The notes: a model not told the origin generated them from the sequence alone. A stretch of 64,000 bases of DNA from Armatimonadota bacterium (GCA_020850315.1 JADZEY010000108.1:40005-104004), one strand, 5' to 3'. Positions 18,078 through 29,483 are shown, counted from the first letter of the stretch. Program-made: numbers and translations.

Positions 18078-21000
18078 ATGAGCGCCGAACATAACCACGA
18101 GTTCAACGGACTCTCCTTGCCGGTCCTTAATGCCGGAGATCAGATGCCAGCGGCAGATGACCACACGGACGACCACACGGCTGTCGGGAAAAAATCTACG
18201 GTTGACCTTGCCGAAATCCGCGAGAAACTGACGAAACATCGCGGCCCACAGTATTGGAAAAGCCTTGAACAATTAGCCGACACCAAGGAATTCCAAGAGC
18301 ACATCAAGTATGAGTTCCCGTCCGGCGCGGACCAGATGCTGGATCCCGTTACCCGCCGTAGCTTCCTGAAAGTGATGGGAGCCTCGGTCGCGTTGGCAGG
18401 GGTTAGTGCCTGCTTTAAGCAGCCGGATGAGAAGATTGTTCCGTTTGTGAAAGCACCGGAGCAAGTCGTCCCAGGCAAGCCGCTTTACTACGCTACCGCG
18501 CTGACCGTTGGCGGATACGCCACTGGCGTTTTGGTGGAAAGCCATCTTGGCCGCCCAACAAAAGTTGAGGGCAATCCGGATCACCCAGCCAGCTTGGGGG
18601 CCACCGATGCCTTCACCCAGGCGGAAATTCTTCGGATGTACGATCCAGACCGCTCGCAAGCGGTGATGAACCGTGGTGAAATCTCCACCTGGAAATCATT
18701 CACCGATGAATTTTCGGCGAAACTGGGAATCCAGAAAGCAAAAGGGGGCGCGGGGCTGCGCATCCTGAGCGAAACCACTGCATCGCCAACGTTGGGCCAG
18801 CAGATAAGCCAACTGATGGCTCAGTATCCGCAAGCCAAGTGGATTCAGTATGATGCCGCCGGCCAGCACAACACCCGCGCTGGGCTACGCGCCGCGCTGG
18901 GGCGTGATGCCGCCGCCAACTACAGTTTCGGCAAAGCAAAAGTTATCCTTTCGTTAGATGGAGACTTCTTAGCTGCGATGCCAGGAAGCGTCCGCTACGC
19001 CCGCCATTTTGCCAACGGCCGCCGCGTCCGCAAGCCGGGCGACCCAATGAACCGCTTGTACGTTGCCGAAAGCTCGCCAACACTGACCGGTGCAAAAGCT
19101 GACCACCGCGTGGCTATACTGGCTAGCGAAATTGAAAGCGTTGCACGGATTATCGCAAGCAAACTTGGCGTTGCCGGTGCCGGAGCAACCAACGGGAAAC
19201 CGGAATGGCAGAAGTGGATTGACGCAGTGGTGAAAGATCTGCAGGCCAATCGCGGATCCAGCATTGTGATTGCTGGCGAATCGCAACCGGCGGCTGTCCA
19301 TGTGGTTGCCCACGCCATGAATCAGGCATTGGGGAACGTTGGAACTACCGTCAATTACATCGAGCCTGTCGAAAACGTCCAGGGCGACCAGCTTGCTGCG
19401 CTACGCCAACTTGCTGCCGATATGGAAGCTGGCAACGTTGGGGTTTTAGTGATGATCGGTGGCAACCCTGTGTATGATGCCCCTGCCGACCTTGACTTCG
19501 CCAAAAAGCTGGAGAAGGTTGGGCTACGGGTTCATCTGGGGTTATACCAGGATGAGACCTCGTGGCTATCGCACTGGCATTTGCCGATGTCGCACGCGTT
19601 GGAATCATGGGGTGATGCTTGCGCCTTCGACGGAACCATCACGATTGTCCAACCGCTGATTGCGCCGCTGTACGACTCCAAGTCAACTCATGAGCTGCTG
19701 GCAATCATGATGGATGCCAGCCCCAACGGCTACGAAATCGTCCGCAACTACTGGAAAGAACGGCTGATTGGGGACTTCGAGAAAAGCTGGCAAATGGTGC
19801 TGAACGATGGCTTGGTGAAACCAGATATGATGAAACTGGCCGCCGCACCAGCCGCTGCGCCAGCTGCATCGGGAGCACCCGCACCCGCGACGGCTGACAC
19901 CGCAGTTGCTGCCGCAAATCCTGCGCCGGCCGTCCCCACGCCAACCGCCGCTGCGCCAGCACCAACAACAATTTCTGGGAACGGGCCAGTACAGATTCCT
20001 CCGCCAACTCCGTATCCGGCGGCTGGGATGGAGCTGAATTTCCGGCCCGACCCCAACATCCGCGACGGCCAGTATGCAAACAATGGCTGGTTGCAGGAGC
20101 TTCCAAAACCGCTAAGCCTGCTGACGTGGGACAATGCCGTGCTGATCAGCCCAAAAACTGCCGAGGAGCAGGGACTGAAAAGCTTTGACGTTGTTGACCT
20201 GGCCTACCAGGGGCGGCTTGTTACCGGTCCCGTGTGGGTGCTGCCCGGTCATCCCGATAAAAGCGTGACGGTGTACTTGGGCTATGGCCGCGAGCGCGCT
20301 GGGCGTGTTGGAACCAACCAGGGATTCAATGCCTACAAGCTGCGTACCTCCAATGCTCCATGGTTTGGGCTTGGGTTGGAGTTGCGGAAGACGGGTGAGT
20401 TCTACCAGTTAGTGACCACGCAGGATCACGCCAGCATCGAAGGGCGGAATATGTACCGCTACGGAACCAGCGACCAGTTCCAGAAGCAGCCCGATTTTGT
20501 GAAGGAGATGGAGCACGTCAAGGATCCAATCTCACTTTACACACCATATGAGTACCGAGGCTATGCTTGGGGAATGGCGATTGATCTTACCGCCTGCATC
20601 GGCTGCAACGTCTGCACGATAGCCTGCCAAGCCGAAAACAACATTCCAGTGGTTGGAAAGGATCAAGTGTTCATGGGGCGCGAGATGCACTGGATTCGTG
20701 TAGATCGCTACTACGAAGGAGGGCTGGATAACCCGATGGTTCACTACCAGCCTGTGCCATGTATGCAGTGCGAGCGTGCCTCGTGCGAGGTGGTGTGTCC
20801 TGTGGGGGCCACCGTCCACAGCGACGAAGGGCTGAACGACATGGTGTATAATCGCTGCGTCGGCACCAAGTATTGCTCCAACAACTGCCCATACAAAGTT
20901 CGCCGCTTTAACTTCTTCCAATACTCCGACGAAAAGACTCCAGTGGTGAAATTGGGGCGCAATCCAGACGTGACGGTGCGGAACCGAGGCGTGATGGAGA

Positions 21001-21299
21001 AGTGTACCTACTGCGTGCAGCGGATTAACCATGCCCGTATTGATGCTAAGCGTGAAGGGCGCGAAATCTACGACGGTGAGATCAAGACCGCGTGCGAAAT
21101 CGCTTGCCCAACGGGTGCTATCACCTTCGGTAATCTGAACGACCCAAAAAGTCGGGTGGTTGAGGCTAAGAAATCGAAGCTGAACTACCGAATGCTGGAA
21201 GAATTAAACACCGAGCCACGCACCAGTTATCTGGCAAGCATCCGTAACCCGAATCCTGAACTGGCCGAGCCTGTGAAGACCGAGAACAGCCATGCTTAA
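18078..21299 (+). CDS. actB: Alternative complex III subunit B (molybdopterin-oxidoreductase-like domain fused to Fe-S domain)
   Basis: QYWKSLEQL, TAT motif TRRSFLK, GRPTKVEGNPDHP; Fe-S motifs CIGCNVCTIAC, CMQCERASCEVVCP, CVGTKYCSNNCPY, EKCTYC...CEIACP. Confidence 0.95.
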   Translation: MSAEHNHEFNGLSLPVLNAGDQMPAADDHTDDHTAVGKKSTVDLAEIREKLTKHRGPQYWKSLEQLADTKEFQEHIKYEFPSGADQMLDPVTRRSFLKVMGASVALAGVSACFKQPDEKIVPFVKAPEQVVPGKPLYYATALTVGGYATGVLVESHLGRPTKVEGNPDHPASLGATDAFTQAEILRMYDPDRSQAVMNRGEISTWKSFTDEFSAKLGIQKAKGGAGLRILSETTASPTLGQQISQLMAQYPQAKWIQYDAAGQHNTRAGLRAALGRDAAANYSFGKAKVILSLDGDFLAAMPGSVRYARHFANGRRVRKPGDPMNRLYVAESSPTLTGAKADHRVAILASEIESVARIIASKLGVAGAGATNGKPEWQKWIDAVVKDLQANRGSSIVIAGESQPAAVHVVAHAMNQALGNVGTTVNYIEPVENVQGDQLAALRQLAADMEAGNVGVLVMIGGNPVYDAPADLDFAKKLEKVGLRVHLGLYQDETSWLSHWHLPMSHALESWGDACAFDGTITIVQPLIAPLYDSKSTHELLAIMMDASPNGYEIVRNYWKERLIGDFEKSWQMVLNDGLVKPDMMKLAAAPAAAPAASGAPAPATADTAVAAANPAPAVPTPTAAAPAPTTISGNGPVQIPPPTPYPAAGMELNFRPDPNIRDGQYANNGWLQELPKPLSLLTWDNAVLISPKTAEEQGLKSFDVVDLAYQGRLVTGPVWVLPGHPDKSVTVYLGYGRERAGRVGTNQGFNAYKLRTSNAPWFGLGLELRKTGEFYQLVTTQDHASIEGRNMYRYGTSDQFQKQPDFVKEMEHVKDPISLYTPYEYRGYAWGMAIDLTACIGCNVCTIACQAENNIPVVGKDQVFMGREMHWIRVDRYYEGGLDNPMVHYQPVPCMQCERASCEVVCPVGATVHSDEGLNDMVYNRCVGTKYCSNNCPYKVRRFNFFQYSDEKTPVVKLGRNPDVTVRNRGVMEKCTYCVQRINHARIDAKREGREIYDGEIKTACEIACPTGAITFGNLNDPKSRVVEAKKSKLNYRMLEELNTEPRTSYLASIRNPNPELAEPVKTENSHA

Positions 21300-22743
21300 C
21301 GATACCCAGACAGAACCAACAACACTGCCGACGCAACGGGGCGCACAGCTTGTGACGGTCAACGAAGTCCCCGCTACGCTGGATCAAACCAACTTCCCTG
21401 TTTTAGGGAAGGGGGCAAAGGACTTCGAGTCCGTCACCGAAAAGATCAGCGGCTTAGTGCTCCGTAAAGGGGTCACCAAAGGCTGGGTTGTCGGTTTCGG
21501 CATCGCCTTCATGTTGCTGATGCTTTTCCTGTATGCAGTCACCGTGCTGTTTGTGGATGGTATCGGTATCTGGGGTATCAACGTCCCTGTTGCTTGGGGC
21601 TTCGATATTGTCAACTTCGTTTGGTGGATCGGTATCGGCCACGCCGGTACGCTGATCTCAGCCATCCTTCTGCTGCTGCGCCAAGATTGGCGAACCTCTA
21701 TCAACCGCTTTGCTGAGGCAATGACGCTGTTCGCAGTGGCTTGCGCGGGGATGTTCCCAATCCTTCACTTAGGCCGCCCGCAGTTGTTCTACTGGTTGCT
21801 CCCCTACTATCCGAACACTATGGCGTTGCTGCCGCAGTTCCGTTCGCCGCTGTTGTGGGACGTGTTTGCGGTTTCCACCTACGGCACGGTGTCGCTGCTG
21901 TTCTGGTTCGTTGGGCTTATTCCTGATCTTGCTTCGCTGCGCGACCGCGCAACCACACGGGGGAAGCAGATGATCTACGGCGCGTTGTCGTTGGGGTGGC
22001 GTGGTTCGGCGATTCACTGGAAGCGATACACCACCATCTACATGATCCTTGCTGGATTATCAACGCCGTTGGTGTTGTCGGTTCACACGGTGGTTAGCTT
22101 TGACTTTGCCGTGTCGCAGATTCCTGGCTGGCACGCCACGATCTTCCCGCCGTACTTCGTTGCTGGTGCAATTTTCAGCGGGTTTGCAATGGTGCTGACG
22201 CTGGGCATCCCGCTTCGGAAATACTACGGGTTGGAAGATTACATCACCCCACGCCACCTGAACAACATGGCAAAGGTGATGCTGGCCACAGGGTTAATTG
22301 TGGTCTATGGCTACTCGCAAGAAGCGTTCATGGGATGGTACAGCGGGGCGGAATATGAGAAGTACATGATCTGGAACCGGATGACCGGCCCCTACGCCCC
22401 GGCCTATTGGGCATTGATCTTCTGCAACGGCGTGGTTCCGCAGCTTCTTTGGATGCGGAAATTCCGAACCCACACGGTCTGGCTGTGGTGCATCTCCATC
22501 GTCGTGAATGTTGGTATGTGGCTGGAGCGTTACGTGATTATCGCTATCAGTCTTCACCGCGATTTTGTCCCCTCCGCTTGGGGCTACTACAACCCAACGT
22601 TCTTCGACTGGGCAACGTACATCGGGACTATGGGCTTGTTCCTAACGCTCTTCTTCCTGTTCATTCGATTCCTGCCGGTGATTGCTGTTTCGGAAGTGCG
22701 CGAGCTTGTTCACATCGAGCACGCCAAGCACGGGCATCACTAA
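21292..22743 (+). CDS. actC: Alternative complex III subunit C (NrfD/PsrC-like)
   Basis: WWIGIGHAGTLISA, INRFAEAMT, HLGRP, SPLLWDVFAV, SVHTVVSFDFA, GWHATIFPPYF. Confidence 0.95.
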   Translation: MLNDTQTEPTTLPTQRGAQLVTVNEVPATLDQTNFPVLGKGAKDFESVTEKISGLVLRKGVTKGWVVGFGIAFMLLMLFLYAVTVLFVDGIGIWGINVPVAWGFDIVNFVWWIGIGHAGTLISAILLLLRQDWRTSINRFAEAMTLFAVACAGMFPILHLGRPQLFYWLLPYYPNTMALLPQFRSPLLWDVFAVSTYGTVSLLFWFVGLIPDLASLRDRATTRGKQMIYGALSLGWRGSAIHWKRYTTIYMILAGLSTPLVLSVHTVVSFDFAVSQIPGWHATIFPPYFVAGAIFSGFAMVLTLGIPLRKYYGLEDYITPRHLNNMAKVMLATGLIVVYGYSQEAFMGWYSGAEYEKYMIWNRMTGPYAPAYWALIFCNGVVPQLLWMRKFRTHTVWLWCISIVVNVGMWLERYVIIAISLHRDFVPSAWGYYNPTFFDWATYIGTMGLFLTLFFLFIRFLPVIAVSEVRELVHIEHAKHGHH

Positions 22744-22842
22744 CACACCCGCCAACGCAGAAGATGGCACAGCAATGGGGTAAGAGGGGAAGAAGCAATG
22801 CAAGACTTACTGACAGACAGATAACTGACTACTGAATTCATC

Positions 22843-23385
22843 ATGGAGCCAGCAACACAACCCCCGATCTACGGGCTGATGGCGGAGTTCGCTACCGGCG
22901 AAGCGTTGCTTGATGCGACGCAGCGGGCAAGCAACGCGGGATACCGCCAGATGGATGCTTACTCACCCGTTCCGGTGGAAGGAATCGCCGAGGCTATCGG
23001 GTTCAAAACCAAGCTACCCTGGGGGGTCTTCTGCGGGGGATTAACCGGCGCAGTGTTCGGGATGGGGTTGCAGTATTGGGCCTCGGTGATTTACTACCCG
23101 ATGAACATCGGCGGGCGGCCCATGTTTAGCATCCCATCGTTTATCCCTGTTACCTTCGAAACGACAGTGCTCTTCTCGGCACTGACGGCGGTGTTCGGAA
23201 TGATTATTCTGAATAAACTTCCAACCCCCTACCATCCGGTCTTTAACGTGCAAGGCTTCGACCGCGCCAGCACCGATCGCTACTTTCTTGCAATCGAGGC
23301 AACCGACCCGAAGTTCAACCGCCAACGGACGTGGGAATTTTTGGAATCCTTGAAGCCAGAAAACCTTGCGGAGGTGCCCCACTAA
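22843..23385 (+). CDS. actD: Alternative complex III subunit D (DUF3341)
   Basis: YGLMAEF, DAYSPVPVEG, IGGRP...FIPVTFE, two TMs; operon position. Confidence 0.9.
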   Translation: MEPATQPPIYGLMAEFATGEALLDATQRASNAGYRQMDAYSPVPVEGIAEAIGFKTKLPWGVFCGGLTGAVFGMGLQYWASVIYYPMNIGGRPMFSIPSFIPVTFETTVLFSALTAVFGMIILNKLPTPYHPVFNVQGFDRASTDRYFLAIEATDPKFNRQRTWEFLESLKPENLAEVPH

Positions 23386-24023
23386 TGAACGCAACCATGC
23401 GACACCTTCTACCACTTCTGTTGCTGGCCGTGATTGCTACAGGCTGCCAGGAGATGTACGACCAGCCAAAAGTGAAGCCACTGGCAAAAAGCGATTTCTT
23501 CAGCGATGGATTTGGCGCACGCCAGCCAATCGCCGGAACCGTTGCACGCGGCCACATGAAGTTAGATGACCAACTCTACACCGGAAAAGCCCCAGCCGGC
23601 GCGGCAAAGCCTGCTGGCGATAGTGGCGCGTCGGCGGTCCCTTCTCAATGGGCAACCAGTGATCTGTCATGGACCTTCCCGATGCCTGTCACCCGCGAAG
23701 TGCTGGCGCGTGGCCACGAACAGTTCAATGTGTTCTGCTCACCCTGCCACGGCAAATTGGGGGATGGAAAAGGGATGATTGTTCAGCGCGGTTTTAAGGC
23801 CCCCCCCTCCTTCCACGACGAACGGTTGCGGACTGCCCCGCCGGGATATGTGTTCAGCGTTATCACCAACGGCTTTGGGGTGATGTACAGCTACGCATCG
23901 CGCGTGCCGGTGAACGATCGTTGGGCAATCGCTGCCTACATCAAGGCATTGCAACTCAGCCAAAACATGGATGCCTCCCAATTGACCCCCCAACAGCGGG
24001 GGGGACTGGAGGGAAAGAAGTAA
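23385..24023 (+). CDS. actE: Alternative complex III subunit E, monoheme cytochrome c lipoprotein
   Basis: ATG overlaps the actD stop; ATGC lipobox, EMYDQPK, CSPCH, MYSYA, DRWAIAAYI. Confidence 0.9.
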   Translation: MNATMRHLLPLLLLAVIATGCQEMYDQPKVKPLAKSDFFSDGFGARQPIAGTVARGHMKLDDQLYTGKAPAGAAKPAGDSGASAVPSQWATSDLSWTFPMPVTREVLARGHEQFNVFCSPCHGKLGDGKGMIVQRGFKAPPSFHDERLRTAPPGYVFSVITNGFGVMYSYASRVPVNDRWAIAAYIKALQLSQNMDASQLTPQQRGGLEGKK

Positions 24024-24024
24024 T

Positions 24025-25287
24025 ATGGCCCGTAATTTCAACACAATAGTCAACGACGAGAACGTTCAACCCAAAATCAGCGGCTTGCAGAAAAAAGCAA
24101 TCGCTGTGGCTGTGGTTGGGGTTGCTTTGCTGGTGGTTGGTGCGATTTCCGATTCCGACCAATTCTACCGCTCCTACTTGTTGGGCTACATCTACTGGGT
24201 GATTGTTTCGATTGGAATGTTCTCCCTGTACGCCTTGCACAACGTCGTCTCGGGCGCGTGGGGTTTCACCATTCGTCGCTTTCTTGAAGCCGGTGTGCGA
24301 ACGCTGCCGCTGATGCTGGTGCTGTTTGTGCCGATCATTTTTGGTATGCACACCTTGTACGAGTGGACGCACACGGATGTGGTGGCGAAGGATCATATCC
24401 TTCACCAAAAAGCCCCCTACCTGAACGAAACGTTCTTCATCATTCGCTTGGTGTTTTACTTCGTGTTGTGGTCTGGGTTGGGCTTCTACCTGATGAAGCT
24501 GAACCGCCAGATTGAGGAGAACCGCGACCCAAGCAAACTTGGGCGAATTCAAAAATTGAGCGCGGTGACGTTGCTGCTGATTATCCTGAGCGGAACGTTT
24601 GCCGCTGTGGATTGGATGATGTCGCTAGAACCACACTGGTTCAGCACCATTTACGGCATCTTGTTTGTTAGCGGTGGCGCGCTTTCGGGGCTGGCAGTCA
24701 CCATCTGGTTGTTGGTGAAATTCCGTGGAAACCGCCCACTCAGTGATTTCCTTGTTCCCCGCATCTTCCATGACATGGGAACCCTGCTGTTCACCCTGAC
24801 GATGTTCTGGGCCTACATTTCTTTCTCGCAATTCATCATCATCTGGTCCGGCAACGTGGCCGAAGAAACGCCGTGGTATGCCGTGCGCATGGCCAATGAA
24901 TGGGGGACAATCGGCTGGGGGTTGGTCTTCCTGCACTTTGCGTTACCCTGGGCAATCTTGCTATCGAAGAAAGCCAAACGGAATCCGCAAATCCTAAGTG
25001 CTGTGGCTATCTGGATGTTAGCCATGCGGTTCATGGATCTGTACTGGTTGATTGCCCCGGCACACCTTCGCTCAACGTTTAGCTTCCATTGGTTGGATAT
25101 TGCTGCACCGCTGGCCGTTGGCGGAATCTGGATGGCCTACTACTGCCAACAGCTGCAAGGAAAAACATTAATGACCGTGTGGGATCCCCGGTTGCAGGAC
25201 GCATGGCATCGTATTGGAAATGCCGACGCTGCCGACAGCGCATACTTTGGCGACTCACCAACCGTAAAGGAGGGAATCCATGGCTGA
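24025..25287 (+). CDS. actF: Alternative complex III subunit F
   Basis: Multi-TM ActC paralogue; DWMMSLEPHWFSTIYG, FWAYISFSQFIIIWSGN. Confidence 0.9.
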   Translation: MARNFNTIVNDENVQPKISGLQKKAIAVAVVGVALLVVGAISDSDQFYRSYLLGYIYWVIVSIGMFSLYALHNVVSGAWGFTIRRFLEAGVRTLPLMLVLFVPIIFGMHTLYEWTHTDVVAKDHILHQKAPYLNETFFIIRLVFYFVLWSGLGFYLMKLNRQIEENRDPSKLGRIQKLSAVTLLLIILSGTFAAVDWMMSLEPHWFSTIYGILFVSGGALSGLAVTIWLLVKFRGNRPLSDFLVPRIFHDMGTLLFTLTMFWAYISFSQFIIIWSGNVAEETPWYAVRMANEWGTIGWGLVFLHFALPWAILLSKKAKRNPQILSAVAIWMLAMRFMDLYWLIAPAHLRSTFSFHWLDIAAPLAVGGIWMAYYCQQLQGKTLMTVWDPRLQDAWHRIGNADAADSAYFGDSPTVKEGIHG

Positions 25288-25729
25288 TCATCACAAACAC
25301 TCTACGCCGGAACGCCTCTATGAGTCGTCCGACATTGAGGTGAAACCGGTTGCCAAGTATATGGCAATTCTCTTTGCGGGTATCCTTGTCGTGATGGTGT
25401 TGATGTGGGGGATGATGGAGTTTCTGGAGATGCGTGCAGCAAAAGCCGATGTGGCCCGCACGCCGGTGTACGACACCGCCCGTGCCATGACCGAACCACG
25501 CCTGCAATCGCACCCTGTGGCCGATCTGAAGGCAATGCACAGCCACGAAGACTCCTTGCTGAACAGCTACAGTTGGGTAGATAAAGGAACCAACAAAGTC
25601 CGTGTTCCGATTGACGTGGCTATCGAACAGATTGCCACGCAGGGGCTTCCTTCGGTTCCGGTTGATAGCGCTGCGGCGGCAAAACGTCGCGCAACATATC
25701 AACCTGGGGAGAGCAACGGAGGGCGGTAA
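25280..25729 (+). CDS. Single-TM ACIII accessory subunit (ActG-like)
   Basis: YESSDI, one TM, PRLQ...P, VRVPIDVAI; overlaps actF and lies before SCO. Confidence 0.65.
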   Translation: MADHHKHSTPERLYESSDIEVKPVAKYMAILFAGILVVMVLMWGMMEFLEMRAAKADVARTPVYDTARAMTEPRLQSHPVADLKAMHSHEDSLLNSYSWVDKGTNKVRVPIDVAIEQIATQGLPSVPVDSAAAAKRRATYQPGESNGGR

Positions 25730-25795
25730 GTATATCGGCACAAACTGGACAGATGCTCTGTTCAGATAAGCTATTTCAGATACGATGGTGATACC

Positions 25796-26662
25796 ATGAA
25801 GACGATGTCACGCATAGCGGTTCTTTGGCTGTTGCTGGTGGTTGGTGCCGGATGTGCTATTGCACAAGGCTCGCCACCACAGCCGGGGAATAAATATGCC
25901 AAGCAAGTCAGCATTGATCAACGCTTGGGCGCGCAGGTTCGCCCCGATCTCACGTTCCGTGATGAGAGTGGCAAATCGGTGGCATTGGGGGAGTATCTGG
26001 GGAAACGTCCGGTGATCCTTACGCTGGTCTATTACCAATGCCCAATGCTCTGCACGCAGGTGCTGAACGGGTTGGTGAAATCGCTAAAGGTGATGAAGGA
26101 AGAGCCAGGGGTGGATTTTGACTTGCTGACAATCAGCATTGATCCAAAAGAAACGCCTGCATTGGCAACCGAGAAAAAAGGTGCGTATCTGACCGAATAT
26201 GAACGTGCCGGAGCCGCAGCAAATTGGCATTTCTTGACGGGAGATGAGGCTGCAATCCGCAGCGTTGCCGACTCGGTCGGGTTTCGCTACCTGTACGACT
26301 CAGCTTCAGGCCAATACGCACACGCTGCGGGGATAATGGTGCTAACGCCCGCTGGGAAAGTTGCTGGCTACCAGTACACTGTGGAGTTCGCACCAAACGA
26401 ATTACAGCGAACCCTTGCCGATGCTGCAAAGGAGAAAATCGGCAAGCCGATCCAGCCATTGATCTGGCTTTGTTTCGAGTACGATCCCTTGACCGCCAAG
26501 TACGGTTTCTCGATACGGAAAGCCTTGCAAAGCGGCTCGATTTTGATGGCAATCGGGGTAGCAACAATGGTTGTGATCCTGAAGCGCCGCGAGCGTAAAA
26601 CAAGAATAGACGACCCAGCATTGCTACGGGCAATGAAAGCCGGGTCAACGATGAAAAACTGA
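25796..26662 (+). CDS. SCO1/SenC copper chaperone
   Basis: YYQCPMLC CxxxC, conserved His (YAHAAG), WHFLTG. Confidence 0.92.
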   Translation: MKTMSRIAVLWLLLVVGAGCAIAQGSPPQPGNKYAKQVSIDQRLGAQVRPDLTFRDESGKSVALGEYLGKRPVILTLVYYQCPMLCTQVLNGLVKSLKVMKEEPGVDFDLLTISIDPKETPALATEKKGAYLTEYERAGAAANWHFLTGDEAAIRSVADSVGFRYLYDSASGQYAHAAGIMVLTPAGKVAGYQYTVEFAPNELQRTLADAAKEKIGKPIQPLIWLCFEYDPLTAKYGFSIRKALQSGSILMAIGVATMVVILKRRERKTRIDDPALLRAMKAGSTMKN

Positions 26663-26752
26663 TAGGGAGTTGAGGCGGAGGCTGGGGAGACGCGCTGAAC
26701 GCCGAATAAGGATTTCCTTCTTGCAACTGACAACTGACTAATACACCAAATT

Positions 26753-27709
26753 ATGCTGTGGGAACTTCCCTTAATGCCGCAACAGGCATCCACGATTGCT
26801 CATAAAGTGGACGCGCTCTACCTGTTCCTCTGGGGGATGACGGCGTTTTTTACCCTGCTGATCTTCGCGCTCATTCTTTTCTTCGCTGTGAAATACAAGC
26901 GGGGAAAAGTTGCCGACCGAAGCAATCCTCCCGACACCGACCATAAATTGGAAGCGGTCTGGATTGTTGTGCCGCTGGCAATCTCATTGATGATCTTCGG
27001 CTGGGCAACCGCGATCTTCTTCGAGCAGGTTCGTCCGCCGGCCGATGCTGTGGAGTACTTCGCCACCGGAAAGCAGTGGATGTGGAAGTTCCAAAGCCCG
27101 GAAGGAAAACGTGAGGTGAACGAGCTGCATGTCCCAAAAGGGCGGAACATTAAAGTGACCGCCACCAGCGAGGACGTTTTGCACGACCTCTTCTTCCCCG
27201 CTTTCCGCACCAAAGCCGACGTGCTTCCGGGGCGGTACACCAACGTTTGGTTCAACGCCACAAAGGCCGGAACCTACCATATCTTCTGCGCCGAATACTG
27301 CGGAATGCAGCATTCGCTGATGATCGGGAAAGTGATTGTGATGGAGCCAAACGATTATGAGCGTTGGCTTGCCAGTGCCAGCAGTGGAACCGCAGGACAA
27401 GCCGCAGCTGCCGGTGATGAAACGCCCGCACAGGCAGGGGAGCGAGTTTTTACACAGCACGGCTGCCAGACCTGCCACCAGGGTTCTTCTGGCGCGCTTG
27501 GCCCGGCACTGGCCGGGGTTCCTGGATCGGAAGTGGAGCTGCAAAGCGGCGAAAAAGTGAAAGCTGATGATGACTACCTGCGGGAATCAATCCTGAACTC
27601 ATCGGCAAAAATTGTGAAGGGCTATCAGGCGGTGATGCCGAACTTCAAAGGGCAGATTTCGGAGGAGGATGTGATGAGCCTTATCGCCTATATCAAGGCA
27701 CAGAAATGA
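26753..27709 (+). CDS. ctaC: Cytochrome c oxidase subunit II with fused cytochrome c (caa3 type)
   Basis: KQWMW, DVLHD, CAEYCGMQHSLM CuA motif, C-terminal CQTCH. Confidence 0.95.
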   Translation: MLWELPLMPQQASTIAHKVDALYLFLWGMTAFFTLLIFALILFFAVKYKRGKVADRSNPPDTDHKLEAVWIVVPLAISLMIFGWATAIFFEQVRPPADAVEYFATGKQWMWKFQSPEGKREVNELHVPKGRNIKVTATSEDVLHDLFFPAFRTKADVLPGRYTNVWFNATKAGTYHIFCAEYCGMQHSLMIGKVIVMEPNDYERWLASASSGTAGQAAAAGDETPAQAGERVFTQHGCQTCHQGSSGALGPALAGVPGSEVELQSGEKVKADDDYLRESILNSSAKIVKGYQAVMPNFKGQISEEDVMSLIAYIKAQK

Positions 27710-27755
27710 AGTGGCGCAACCGCACAGAACTGACACCAACTGGTAAGTGATAACC

Positions 27756-29456
27756 ATGGAAACGGCAAGCACAATATCAACCACAACAGCCCCGACCACA
27801 ATGCCCGGTGCGGCCAACGGTGTTTTTGAAATGCCCAAGGTAACGTATCTGAACGCCCAGGAAGGCATTAAGTCATGGTTGCTTACTGGCGATCACAAGC
27901 GGATTGCCATCCTCTATCTGATCTCCATCTCGATCTTCTTCGCCCTGGGTGGTGTCTTCGCTTCCCTTATTCGGATTGAGCTTCTAACGCCCGGCCCGGA
28001 ATTGGATGCCGAGATGTACAACCGCGCTTTTACCGCGCACGGCATCGTGATGGTCTTCATGTTCCTGATCCCCGCAATCCCTGCGGTGCTTGGGAACTTC
28101 CTGCTGCCGATTATGATTGGCGCACGTGACCTTGCGTTCCCGAAAGTCAACCTGCTAAGCTGGTATTTGTACATGATCGGTGGCTTGCTGACCCTGACCG
28201 CAATGCTGATGGGGGGCGTTGACACCGGTTGGACATTCTACACACCGTACAGCACCACCTACTCGCAATCGTACGTCTTCCTGACAGGGTTGGGGATTTT
28301 TATCATGGGGTTTAGCTCCATCACAACGGGCTTGAACTTTGTGATCACCACCCACAAGATGCGTGCCCCCGGAATGACGTGGTCGCGGCTGCCGCTGTTC
28401 GTTTGGTCCCAGTATGCCACCAGCTTGGTGATGTTGCTTGGCACTCCGGTGATTGCCATCACCGTGGTGCTGCTGGCCGCCGAGCGGGTGTTTGGCGTGG
28501 GCATCTTTAACCCCAATTTGGGTGGCGATCCTGTTCTGTTCCAGCACTTATTCTGGTTCTACAGCCATCCGGCAGTGTACATCATGATCCTTCCGGCAAT
28601 GGGTGTTATCAGCGAACTGATCGCGGCGTTCTCGCGGCGGCGGGTGTTTGGTTACTCGTTCGTGGCGTTCAGCAGTTTGGCCATCGCCATCTTTGGATTC
28701 CTTGTTTGGGGCCACCACCTGTTCGTTAGCGGCCAGTCGGCGTATGCTGGCATCATCTTCTCGTTGCTGAGCTTTATTGTGGCCATCCCCTCGGCAGTGA
28801 AAGTGTTCAACTGGACAACAACGCTCTACAAAGGCTCCATCAGCTACGAAACCCCGATGCTTTATGCGTTGGCGTTTATCGGGCTGTTTGCAATCGGCGG
28901 GCTTACCGGCCTGTTCTGCGCCGCGCTGGGGTTGGATGTTCACATCACTGATACCTACTTCATTATTGCCCACTTCCACTACGTGATGGTCGGTTCCACA
29001 GTGATTGCTTACTTGGGTGGAATCCACTACTGGTGGCCCAAAATGACAGGGCGAAGCTACCCCGAATTCTGGGGAAAACTCTCGGCAATGCTGATTTACG
29101 TTGGCTTCAACCTCACATTCTTCCCGCAATTCATCCTTGGCTACTTGGGGATGCCGCGCCGCTATCACGTCTATCCGCCTGAGTACCAGGTGCTGAATAT
29201 CCTCTCAACCGCAGGGGCTTCCGTGCTGGCTGTTGGGTTTTTAATGCCGGTGTTCTATCTGCTCTGGTCGCTGAAATATGGCCCGATTGCTGGGCCAAAT
29301 CCCTGGGGAGCAAAAGGGTTGGAATGGGAAACGGCATCGCCGCCGCCAACCTTCAATTTCGATGCAACACCGATTGTCACCCAGGAAGCCTACGCTTACG
29401 ATGCCGAGGCTGACGAAGCAGCCTACCAGGCCGCACTGCAACAAGATAAACGCTAA
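27756..29456 (+). CDS. ctaD: Cytochrome c oxidase subunit I, family A2
   Basis: [28 protein letters not shown] (YS motif, type A2), VWGHH, AHFHY, GMPRRY. Confidence 0.97.
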   Translation: METASTISTTTAPTTMPGAANGVFEMPKVTYLNAQEGIKSWLLTGDHKRIAILYLISISIFFALGGVFASLIRIELLTPGPELDAEMYNRAFTAHGIVMVFMFLIPAIPAVLGNFLLPIMIGARDLAFPKVNLLSWYLYMIGGLLTLTAMLMGGVDTGWTFYTPYSTTYSQSYVFLTGLGIFIMGFSSITTGLNFVITTHKMRAPGMTWSRLPLFVWSQYATSLVMLLGTPVIAITVVLLAAERVFGVGIFNPNLGGDPVLFQHLFWFYSHPAVYIMILPAMGVISELIAAFSRRRVFGYSFVAFSSLAIAIFGFLVWGHHLFVSGQSAYAGIIFSLLSFIVAIPSAVKVFNWTTTLYKGSISYETPMLYALAFIGLFAIGGLTGLFCAALGLDVHITDTYFIIAHFHYVMVGSTVIAYLGGIHYWWPKMTGRSYPEFWGKLSAMLIYVGFNLTFFPQFILGYLGMPRRYHVYPPEYQVLNILSTAGASVLAVGFLMPVFYLLWSLKYGPIAGPNPWGAKGLEWETASPPPTFNFDATPIVTQEAYAYDAEADEAAYQAALQQDKR

Positions 29457-29483
29457 AAACACGCTAAAAAGGAGAAATAGAAC

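Noticed and set aside
18078-21299. ActB as an active molybdoenzyme
   Set aside because: Context and motifs match ACIII subunit B, which is known to lack a Mo cofactor.
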